Shown here one piece after another: positions 8,490 through 16,482 of a DNA stretch of 33,228 nucleotides. A model generated the notes under the pieces. It saw only the letters and a list, made by a program, of their open reading frames with translations, had not been told where the DNA came from and searched no databases. Source of the DNA: Bacillota bacterium (GTDB lineage: Bacteria > Bacillota > Clostridia > Clostridiales > Clostridiaceae); assembly GCA_021779235.1 (NCBI GenBank), contig JAJYBA010000001.1, forward strand, positions 1 to 33,228, read 5' to 3'. A program made the position numbers and the translations under genes. Position 1 is the stretch's first letter; each line of letters opens with the position of its first letter.

Positions 8490-9560
8490 ATGCCCTCCAC
8501 GGCTAAAAATTTTAATAACATAAATTTATTATCTGAAGAAAATGTAAAAAAATACATTCTGCCTCAATATAACTTAACAAATGCTGATATCACACAAATT
8601 AAATTTAAAGATACTGATAAACAAAGAGCTGTATATAAAGTGCAATACTTTGATGAATGTTATTGTTTGAAAAAAGTTTATTATTCTGTAAAGGATTTGT
8701 TATTCGTATATTCTGCCATAGAATGGTTATATAGAAATAACATCCATGTGCCTCGTATACTGAAAACTGCCACTAATAGCAGATTTGTAAACTATAATAA
8801 TATGTTATTTATACTTACCCCTTGGGTTAATGGCACTAAATGCGACTACGATAATATTGATCATATTCTCGCATGCAGTACTAATCTTGCAAGTATGCAT
8901 AAAGTAAGTATTAACTTTAAACCTATATGTGGTAGTTCCATAAAGGAGGACTACAGCACGTTAAGCACTTCCATATATAAGCACTATGAAAGCCTTCTTA
9001 ATTTCTCCAATTTAGCTTATAAATATAATGATGCATTTTCAAAGCTGTATCTTGAACATTTTGATTCAAGTAGCAAGCTAGCACGGTATTCAGCAAATAT
9101 TGCTTATGATATCAACTTGAATAACCTTACAAAATCATTGTGCCATCTTGACTATGTTAATAAAAACATTATATTTGATACTAATAATGAAATTTGGGTA
9201 ATTGATTTTGATAAATGTCGAAATGACTATTGTGCCCATGATATTTCCTACTGTTTAAGGAGATTATTAAAAAGAGACAATACAAAATGGGATTTGGAGC
9301 TAGCTATAAGTTTTTTAGAATTATATGATAAAATCCTGCCGTTAAGCTTGGATGATTATAAATATATTCTTGTTTATTTAGCCTTTCCCCAAAGGTATTG
9401 GAAAATAGCAAGAGACTATTATGGTAACATTAATAAATGTAATAAAAAAGCCTTCTTTAATTTACTAAACAACTCAACTAACAAGAATGAATATCAATTA
9501 GATTTTATTGAAAAACTTAAATCCTATGTTGAAAATAAATTTAAAATAACTTTAAAATAA
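8490..9560 (+). CDS. CotS-family spore coat protein (APH/choline-kinase-like fold)
   Basis: RAVYKV..YCLKK, LCHLDYVNKNII, IDFD, and FPQRYWKI motifs typical of clostridial CotS-family proteins. Confidence 0.85.
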   Translation: MPSTAKNFNNINLLSEENVKKYILPQYNLTNADITQIKFKDTDKQRAVYKVQYFDECYCLKKVYYSVKDLLFVYSAIEWLYRNNIHVPRILKTATNSRFVNYNNMLFILTPWVNGTKCDYDNIDHILACSTNLASMHKVSINFKPICGSSIKEDYSTLSTSIYKHYESLLNFSNLAYKYNDAFSKLYLEHFDSSSKLARYSANIAYDINLNNLTKSLCHLDYVNKNIIFDTNNEIWVIDFDKCRNDYCAHDISYCLRRLLKRDNTKWDLELAISFLELYDKILPLSLDDYKYILVYLAFPQRYWKIARDYYGNINKCNKKAFFNLLNNSTNKNEYQLDFIEKLKSYVENKFKITLK

Positions 9561-9610
9561 CTTAATTAATACTAATTAAGTTATACTAACCTTTTAAATT
9601 TATAAATAAC

Positions 9611-9652
9611 TTAAAATAAAAAGCCACTGCAAAGCAGCGGCTTTTATTTTAA
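9611..9652. terminator. Bidirectional terminator between convergent cotS-like gene and ppdK
   Basis: AAAATAAAAAGCC.CTGC/GCAG.GGCTTTTATTTT hairpin with A and T tracts on both sides. Confidence 0.8.
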
Positions 9653-9680
9653 ATTAATTAACTAAATCATCGTGAAAATA

Positions 9681-12317
9681 CTATTTTTTTCTTGGATTAT
9701 TTACTTCTGCTTGAGCAGCTGCAAGTCTTGCAACTGGAACTCTGAATGGTGAACATGATACATAATCAAGTCCTACATTGTGGCAGAATTCAACAGAAGA
9801 TGGATCTCCACCGTGTTCTCCGCATATTCCAAGTTTTAGAGCTGGTCTAGTTGATCTTCCAAGTTCAGCAGCCATTTTAACAAGCTTGCCTACTCCTGTT
9901 TGATCTAATTTTTGGAATGGATCAAATTCGTAAACTTTCTTTTCATAGTAATCTTTTAAGAAGTTTCCAGCATCATCTCTTGAGAATCCAAAAGTCATTT
10001 GTGTTAAATCATTTGTTCCAAATGAGAAGAATTCTGCTTCTTTTGCTATTAAATCAGCTGTAAGTGCTGCTCTTGGTATTTCAATCATTGTACCAACCAT
10101 GTATTTTAAATCAATACCTTTTTCAGCTATGATTTGATCTGCAATTCTTACTACTATATCTTTAACATATTTTAATTCTTTAACTTCTCCAACTAAAGGA
10201 ATCATTATTTCTGGAACAATATTATATCCTTTTCTAGTCTTGACATCTATAGCAGCTTCAATAACCGCTCTAGTTTGCATTTCAGCTATTTCTGGATATG
10301 ATACTGCAAGTCTACATCCTCTGTGTCCCATCATTGGGTTAAACTCATGTAATGATTCAACAGTAGCTTTTAGCTCTTCAAAAGTTATTCCCATATCACT
10401 TGCTAATTCTTTTATATCTTCATCAGCATGTGGTAAGAATTCATGTAGTGGTGGATCTAAGAATCTGATTGTAGCTGGTCTTTCTGCAAGTTCTTCATAG
10501 ATTCCTATAAAGTCTTTTCTTTGCATTGGTAATAATTTTTCTAATGCTACTCTTCTTGAAGGTTCGTCTTTAGCAACGATCATTTCTCTTATAGCTGCTA
10601 TTCTATCAGTATCAAAGAACATATGCTCAGTTCTGCATAATCCTATTCCTTCTGCACCATATTTAACTGCTTGTGCAGTATCTCTTGGAGTATCAGCATT
10701 AGTTCTAACTTTTAGGCTTCTTATTTCATCTGCCCAACCCATAAATGTTCCAAAGTATCCACTTATTTCTGGTTCAACTGTTTTGATTTGTCCTGCATAA
10801 ACGTTTCCTGTACTTCCATCTATTGATATAAAGTCACCTTCGTGATATACAGTTTCTCCAATTTGGAAAGTTCTAGCTTCTTCATTAACTTTTAATTCTC
10901 CACAACCAGCAACGCAACAAGTTCCCATTCCTCTTGCAACAACCGCAGCATGAGAAGTCATTCCTCCTCTTACTGTTAATATACCTTCTGCAGCAACCAT
11001 ACCTTCAATATCTTCTGGTGAAGTTTCAAGTCTTACAAGAACAACTTTTTCTCCAGCTGCATGTTTAGCTTTTGCATCTTCAGCAGTAAAGTAAACTTTT
11101 CCACAAGCAGCTCCAGGAGATGCTGGTAAACCTTTAGCTATTACTGTAGAGTTCTTTAAATCTACTGTATCAAAGTTAGGGTGAAGTAATGTATCAAGTT
11201 GTTTTGGATCAACCTTCATCATAGCTTCTTCTTTACTTAACATTCCTTCTTCAACTAACTCAACAGCAATTTTTAATGCAGCTTGTGCAGTTCTCTTACC
11301 GTTTCTTGTTTGTAAGAAGTATAATTTTCCATCTTCAATTGTGAACTCCATGTCTTGCATATCTTTGTAGTGCTTTTCAAGAGTGTTAACTATGTTCATA
11401 AATTGGTTATATACTTCTGGCATATCTTTTTCAAGTTGAGATATATCTTGTGGTGTTCTTATTCCTGCAACAACGTCTTCACCTTGTGCATTCATTAAGT
11501 ATTCAGCATATATTCCTTTTTCACCAGTAGATGGGTTTCTTGAGAAAGCAACACCTGTTCCAGATGTTTCTCCTTTGTTACCAAATACCATTTCTTGAAC
11601 GTTTACTGCTGTTCCCCAATCTCCTGGAATATCATTTAATCTTCTATATACGTTAGCTCTTGGATTATCCCATGATCTAAATACTGCTGTAATAGACTCG
11701 ATTAATTGACTTGTTGGATCACTTGGGAATTCTTCGCCTTTATCTTTTTTATAGAATTCTTTAAATTGTTTAACTAATTCTTTTAAGTCATTAGCATCTA
11801 ATTCTGTATCGAATTTAACGCCTTTTTCTTCTTTCATTTTATCCATTATGTTTTCAAAGTTTCTTTTTTCAACGTCCATAACAACGTCAGCAAACATTTG
11901 GATAAATCTTCTGTAAGAGTCATAAGCAAATCTTGGGTTATTTGTTAGTTTTGCCATAACTTCTACTGTATCATCATTTAATCCAAGATTTAAAATCGTA
12001 TCCATCATACCAGGCATTGAAGCTCTTGCTCCAGATCTAACTGATACAAGTAATGGATTTTCTAAACTTCCAAATTTCTTTCCTGTAATGTTTTCAAGTT
12101 CAGTCATTTTAGCATGAATTTCAGCAACAATTTCAGATGCGATTAATTGACCATCTTCATAGTATTTATTACAAGCTTCAGTAGTAACTGTGAATCCCTG
12201 TGGTACTGGAATTCCAAGGCTCGTCATATCTGCAAGGTTTGCACCTTTTCCGCCTAGAAGATTTTTCATTGAAAGATTACCTTCGCTAAAAAGGTAAACA
12301 TACTTTTTGTTTTCCAT
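9681..12317 (-). CDS. ppdK: Pyruvate, phosphate dikinase
   Basis: LGGKGANL, SVRSGA..SMPGMMDT, GGMTSHAAVVAR (phospho-His), GTNDLTQ, CGEHGG; 878 aa. Confidence 0.99.
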   Translation of the reverse strand: MENKKYVYLFSEGNLSMKNLLGGKGANLADMTSLGIPVPQGFTVTTEACNKYYEDGQLIASEIVAEIHAKMTELENITGKKFGSLENPLLVSVRSGARASMPGMMDTILNLGLNDDTVEVMAKLTNNPRFAYDSYRRFIQMFADVVMDVEKRNFENIMDKMKEEKGVKFDTELDANDLKELVKQFKEFYKKDKGEEFPSDPTSQLIESITAVFRSWDNPRANVYRRLNDIPGDWGTAVNVQEMVFGNKGETSGTGVAFSRNPSTGEKGIYAEYLMNAQGEDVVAGIRTPQDISQLEKDMPEVYNQFMNIVNTLEKHYKDMQDMEFTIEDGKLYFLQTRNGKRTAQAALKIAVELVEEGMLSKEEAMMKVDPKQLDTLLHPNFDTVDLKNSTVIAKGLPASPGAACGKVYFTAEDAKAKHAAGEKVVLVRLETSPEDIEGMVAAEGILTVRGGMTSHAAVVARGMGTCCVAGCGELKVNEEARTFQIGETVYHEGDFISIDGSTGNVYAGQIKTVEPEISGYFGTFMGWADEIRSLKVRTNADTPRDTAQAVKYGAEGIGLCRTEHMFFDTDRIAAIREMIVAKDEPSRRVALEKLLPMQRKDFIGIYEELAERPATIRFLDPPLHEFLPHADEDIKELASDMGITFEELKATVESLHEFNPMMGHRGCRLAVSYPEIAEMQTRAVIEAAIDVKTRKGYNIVPEIMIPLVGEVKELKYVKDIVVRIADQIIAEKGIDLKYMVGTMIEIPRAALTADLIAKEAEFFSFGTNDLTQMTFGFSRDDAGNFLKDYYEKKVYEFDPFQKLDQTGVGKLVKMAAELGRSTRPALKLGICGEHGGDPSSVEFCHNVGLDYVSCSPFRVPVARLAAAQAEVNNPRKK

Positions 12318-12415
12318 TTGTATACAACCCCTTCGATTCTAAATTATATATGATAACGGGTATAAAAAGGTCCCACCTGGGACAATCTCTACCCATCTTC
12401 ACTGACTTTAGTTTT

Positions 12416-13057
12416 TTAGCCATTCTCACCCATTTTCACAAATAACCTTGTGATATTAGTTTTAGATATTTTACCTACAATTTGAAATGTTTCTTTTCCA
12501 TTTTCAAATTTTCTTTCTACTACAGGCAGACTGTCTACTTCATGTTCAATAATTCTTTGTGCAGCTAAATATACACTATCTTCTCTTTCAACAAGCACTA
12601 TGTTTGGCATTCTAGTCATTATTATACCTACAGGCACTTTGTGCATATCTGTGCCACCCATAGCCATTTTAAGAAAGTCTTTTCTAGACACAGCTCCCAC
12701 TAAACTTCCATTATTATGTATAAATAAAGTACCTACATCATTTAAAAACAAGTGTACTATAGCATCGTAAACCATGGTCTCTTCTGTTGCCATTACAGGT
12801 TTAGACATTATGTCATTAACCTTAATATTTCTTATATAGTCATAAACTAAACTGTAAGAGGGTTTCTTTGAATAGATATATCCAACCTTGGGTCTTGCTT
12901 CTAAAATGCCCGTCATTGTTAATATTGCCAAATCTGGTCTTAGTGCAGCCCTTGTGACGCCTAACTTATTTGCTAGTCGTTCACTTGTAATAGGTGGATT
13001 TTCTTTAACTAATCTTATTATCTCTTCTTGTCTCGGTGTTAATTTTATTTTTTCCAC
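12416..13057 (-). CDS. ccpN: HTH plus tandem CBS-domain transcriptional regulator, CcpN-like
   Basis: N-terminal wHTH 'PITSERLANKLGVTRAALRPDLAILTMTGILEARPKVGY' followed by a CBS pair. Start uncertain: GTG 13057 or ATA 13048. Confidence 0.85.
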   Translation of the reverse strand: MEKIKLTPRQEEIIRLVKENPPITSERLANKLGVTRAALRPDLAILTMTGILEARPKVGYIYSKKPSYSLVYDYIRNIKVNDIMSKPVMATEETMVYDAIVHLFLNDVGTLFIHNNGSLVGAVSRKDFLKMAMGGTDMHKVPVGIIMTRMPNIVLVEREDSVYLAAQRIIEHEVDSLPVVERKFENGKETFQIVGKISKTNITRLFVKMGENG

Positions 13058-13374
13058 CCTCTTTCTATTTTAACTTGTTATTCATGGTATATATATGCAG
13101 TTTTGCAATACAAATTATTGCAAAAATTACTATTTAACTAAAATTCTACATACCATGTGTAACATTATACCACGTTATTGCAATAAAATGTAGGATTTTT
13201 TAATCACTTTTTTGTTTAAAAGAATAAAATATTCCTATATTAATATTTTATTCTTAGCTTTCCTCTATTTTTCTCTAAATATTATCTTTGGAACATATCA
13301 TAAAAATTATTCATATTTTTATATAATATTAATAATCTTTCACAAACAATATTTAAATAAGCTTTTAAACATAG

Positions 13375-13439
13375 TTAGATTTTTCCTTTTATAAAGCCAG
13401 CAAGTGTTAGTTGCTGGCTTTGTAAAAGGAAAAATCTAA
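13375..13439. terminator. Long (29-bp) inverted repeat downstream of the DUF4342 gene, probable terminator
   Basis: TTAGATTTTTCCTTTTATAAAGCCAGCAA-gtgttag-TTGCTGGCTTTGTAAAAGGAAAAATCTAA, one mismatch. Confidence 0.65.
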
Positions 13440-13481
13440 TTGGTACCAGTTCTAAAAATCCAAAATTCAAGAATGAAGCCA

Positions 13482-14081
13482 TTATTTTTCTTCTTTTTCT
13501 TCTTCTTTTTCTTCCTCAAATTTTACAGTATATTGGTATACATTTTCATCACTGCTATCTTTATTACTTTTACTAAAGCTATCTTTTGTATCATTGAATT
13601 TTTCTTTTACATCTTCACTTATATCATTCATTTTAACTCTTACGTCTTCTACAGTATTTTTGATAATAGTATTAACTACTTCTACAGTACCATCTGCTTT
13701 AGTTATCTCAATTGTAACCTTTGTTAGTACTGCTGTTAATAAACCTATTCCAATTAACGCAGGGAATATTAATCCAACTATTCCGGCTGCAATACCAGCA
13801 TTAACAGGTATATCTATAACTACAGTTTCATCTTTTTTGATTTTTATCCTTGTTACATTACCTTTTTTTACAGTATCTTTTATCCATGCTAAAAACTCAT
13901 CCTTTGTAGTATACATTTCTTCCATATTAAATTTAGGCGATTTTTTTTGTTTTGCTTCTATATAAATCAAAGCATTAACTACATCACCATCACATTCTTC
14001 TAATGCTTCTTTAGCATCAGTATATGAAACTCCTGTTCTCTCTTTAATGATGTCAATCTTCTCTAGTGTAATTTCTACCAT
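13482..14081 (-). CDS. DUF4342-like protein with N-terminal UBA-like (EF-Ts/NAC-type) helical domain
   Basis: 'LEKIDIIKERTGVSYTDAKEALEECDGDVVNAL' is UBA-like. 'IKDTVKKGNVTRIKIKKD....DIPVNAG' plus a hydrophobic segment resembles DUF4342. Start at 14081 by SD spacing. Confidence 0.75.
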   Translation of the reverse strand: MVEITLEKIDIIKERTGVSYTDAKEALEECDGDVVNALIYIEAKQKKSPKFNMEEMYTTKDEFLAWIKDTVKKGNVTRIKIKKDETVVIDIPVNAGIAAGIVGLIFPALIGIGLLTAVLTKVTIEITKADGTVEVVNTIIKNTVEDVRVKMNDISEDVKEKFNDTKDSFSKSNKDSSDENVYQYTVKFEEEKEEEKEEK

Positions 14082-14123
14082 TAAAATCATCTCCTTATAA
14101 TTTATCTGAGATATAAAACAATA

Positions 14124-14873
14124 TTAATTGTTATATTCCCTTAGATAGTCAAATATTTCTAAACTCTTTGGCTTTCGAGTATAATTTTGGGAAATAATAT
14201 AAGATAAAATTTTGTATAACTCTAGTTTGCATGACTCTGAAACTGCTAATCTATGAATTTTATCCATACCAAAATTATTTAAGAATTTTAATGTATTATA
14301 TGTAGGGTTTGAAATATATATACTATTTAACTTTTCACATTCTTTGCAAATGGGACCATAAGAATGTAAATCGATATTATTAGATAAAGTGATTTTTTTT
14401 CTACATTTAACACATTGATTAAAATTCAATTCATAACCTGTTGCCTTTAACAATTTTGTTTCAAATGCTCTTGCTAAAATCTCTATATCCATAACGTCGT
14501 TTTTTATAAAATAAAAAGCAGTAACTAAATCCTTAAAAAGTTCTTTATTAACCTCATCACACTCTAGTGCAATATCAATTAATTCATTAAAATATGAAGC
14601 GTAAGTAATTGTATTAAGGTCCCTTAATAATTGTTGAAAAGAATCTATAATTGTAACTTCATTTATAGTATATAAATTCTTACCTTTAAAAAGTATAAAT
14701 TCTCCATAGGAACAAGGTAATGTGGATGATATATATCTACTTTTACTTTTTCGAGCTCCCTTCGCTATGGCAGTTATTTTACCAAAATCCTCAGTAAAAA
14801 GCCAAACTAGCTTATCCGCCTCTTTAAACTCTTGTGTTTTTATGACAATAGCTCTAGTTTTTAAAATTGACAG
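14124..14873 (-). CDS. recO: DNA repair protein RecO, 249 aa, probable CTG start
   Basis: Frame is open from 14873 (M)SILKTRAIVIKTQEFKEADKLVWLFTEDFGKITAIAKGARKSKS... to the stop at 14124. C4 zinc motif CVKC...CKEC. The ORF track shows only the C-terminal 122 aa. Confidence 0.93.
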   Translation of the reverse strand: MSILKTRAIVIKTQEFKEADKLVWLFTEDFGKITAIAKGARKSKSRYISSTLPCSYGEFILFKGKNLYTINEVTIIDSFQQLLRDLNTITYASYFNELIDIALECDEVNKELFKDLVTAFYFIKNDVMDIEILARAFETKLLKATGYELNFNQCVKCRKKITLSNNIDLHSYGPICKECEKLNSIYISNPTYNTLKFLNNFGMDKIHRLAVSESCKLELYKILSYIISQNYTRKPKSLEIFDYLREYNN

Positions 14874-14990
14874 AAAATCATCCCCTACTTTTATATGGAT
14901 TTAACTGCACTTGAGAAGACTAAAAATCCACTTAAGTGGCTTGTTTCGTCTTCCAAAGTAGATAACTTAAATCTTTCAGCAGATTTTTAT

Positions 14991-15872
14991 CTATTTATAT
15001 CCGAGCTCCTTCAAAATACTTGAAGTGTCTCTCCATTCTTTCTTTACCTTCACCCATAATCTTAGATATACTTTTTCACCTAAAAATTTCATTATATCTT
15101 GTCTTGCATAGGTAGAGATTTGCTTAAGGGTTTTTCCGCCTTTTCCAATTATTATACCCTTATGTGAATCTTTTTCACATAGCATATTTGCTTCAATATT
15201 ATATATATTTTTTTCATCTCTTTTCATGGAAATAATTTCTATTGCTATTCCATGAGGTACTTCTTGGGATAATAGCTTCAAAGCCTTTTCTCTTATGATT
15301 TCAGTGATAATAAATCTTTCTTGTTGGTCAGTAATCATATCTTCTGGGTAGTATAAAGGTCCTTCAGGAATATGCTCAGCTATTAGTTTAGTAACAGTAT
15401 CCACATTTTTACCTTTTATAGCGGATATTGGTATTATTTCTTTAAAGTTGAAATATTCAGAATAACCTTGAACAGTTTTAGCTACCCTATCCTGAGTATT
15501 TTCGTCAATCTTATTAACTAATAAAAACACTGGAATTTTAGTGTCTTTTAACTGTTCAAGAATATGCATATCACCTTTATCAATTTCATCACCTGGTGTA
15601 GTTATAAATAATATCACATCAACTTCATCAGTAGATTGTTTCGCTACTTTAACCATATACTCTCCTAGCTTATGTCTAGGTTTATGCATTCCTGGAGTAT
15701 CTACAAATATTATTTGAGACTCTTTATTTGTTAAGATAGTTTGAATATTATTTCTTGTAGTTTGGGGTCTGTTAGACACAATTGATAATTTTTCCCCCAT
15801 AATATGATTTATTAATGTAGATTTTCCTACATTAGGTCTTCCTATAATAGTTACAAATCCTGATTTAAACAT
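14991..15872 (-). CDS. era: GTPase Era
   Basis: [23 protein letters not shown]-domain GIIIGKGG. Confidence 0.99.
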   Translation of the reverse strand: MFKSGFVTIIGRPNVGKSTLINHIMGEKLSIVSNRPQTTRNNIQTILTNKESQIIFVDTPGMHKPRHKLGEYMVKVAKQSTDEVDVILFITTPGDEIDKGDMHILEQLKDTKIPVFLLVNKIDENTQDRVAKTVQGYSEYFNFKEIIPISAIKGKNVDTVTKLIAEHIPEGPLYYPEDMITDQQERFIITEIIREKALKLLSQEVPHGIAIEIISMKRDEKNIYNIEANMLCEKDSHKGIIIGKGGKTLKQISTYARQDIMKFLGEKVYLRLWVKVKKEWRDTSSILKELGYK

Positions 15873-15920
15873 ATATCCTCCTCGTGGTTCTCTTAAGCAG
15901 ATAGTAATTGCTTTCCTATC

Positions 15921-16319
15921 TTACTTTAACAAATCTTCTTTAGTAAAAGCACCTGGTAATATTTCTTCCATAGTCTTGATTATATAATTGTCTTCATCTT
16001 TTACTAATATAATATCAATGTCTTTTGTGGCAAATTCTACTATAACTTGTCTGCAAATGCCACATGGATATGTATTAGTTGACATATCCCCAACTATTGC
16101 TATAGCTTTAATCTTTCTATGACCCTCAGACACAGCTTTAAAAATCGCAGTTCTTTCAGCGCAATTAGTGGCACCGTAGGAAGCATTTTCTATATTGCAT
16201 CCAGTATATATTGATCCATCTTCAGTAACAACCGCCGCACCTACTTTGAATTTTGAATATGGTACATATGCATTTTCTCTAGCATCTATTGCAATTTTAG
16301 TTAACTTTCTATAATCCAT
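15921..16319 (-). CDS. cdd: Cytidine deaminase (homotetrameric type)
   Basis: YSKFKVGAA, NIEN, CAE, PCGICRQ. Start at MDYRKL (16319). Confidence 0.96.
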   Translation of the reverse strand: MDYRKLTKIAIDARENAYVPYSKFKVGAAVVTEDGSIYTGCNIENASYGATNCAERTAIFKAVSEGHRKIKAIAIVGDMSTNTYPCGICRQVIVEFATKDIDIILVKDEDNYIIKTMEEILPGAFTKEDLLK

Positions 16320-16356
16320 TAGTACACCCCTATACAAATAATTTAACCACAGTTTT

Positions 16357-16400
16357 CACGTATACGAGGAAATGCACGTATACGATGAAAATCACGTATA
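16357..16400. repeat. Tandem repeat with 18-bp period, core CACGTATA(CG) x3
   Basis: CACGTATA at 16357, 16375 and 16393. The first two copies contain the palindrome CGTATACG. Confidence 0.9.
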
Positions 16401-16403
16401 TCA

Positions 16404-16431
16404 ATTATATCACTAAATATTAGTATTTCAA
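16404..16431 (-). promoter_or_regulatory. Putative sigma-A promoter of cdd-era-recO
   Basis: TTGAAA-N16-TATAAT with extended TG. Confidence 0.6.
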
Positions 16432-16482
16432 TAATTTTATAATTATATTTTGGATTTTAAAAACCTGAATTAAAAAAGCTAC

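Noticed and set aside
14124-14492. Apparent truncated recO (122 aa) suggesting a pseudogene
   Set aside because: The frame is open for 249 codons. Only the start codon is non-standard.
16357-16400. Possible mini-CRISPR array
   Set aside because: The period is only 18 bp, the spacers are similar to one another, and there are no cas genes.
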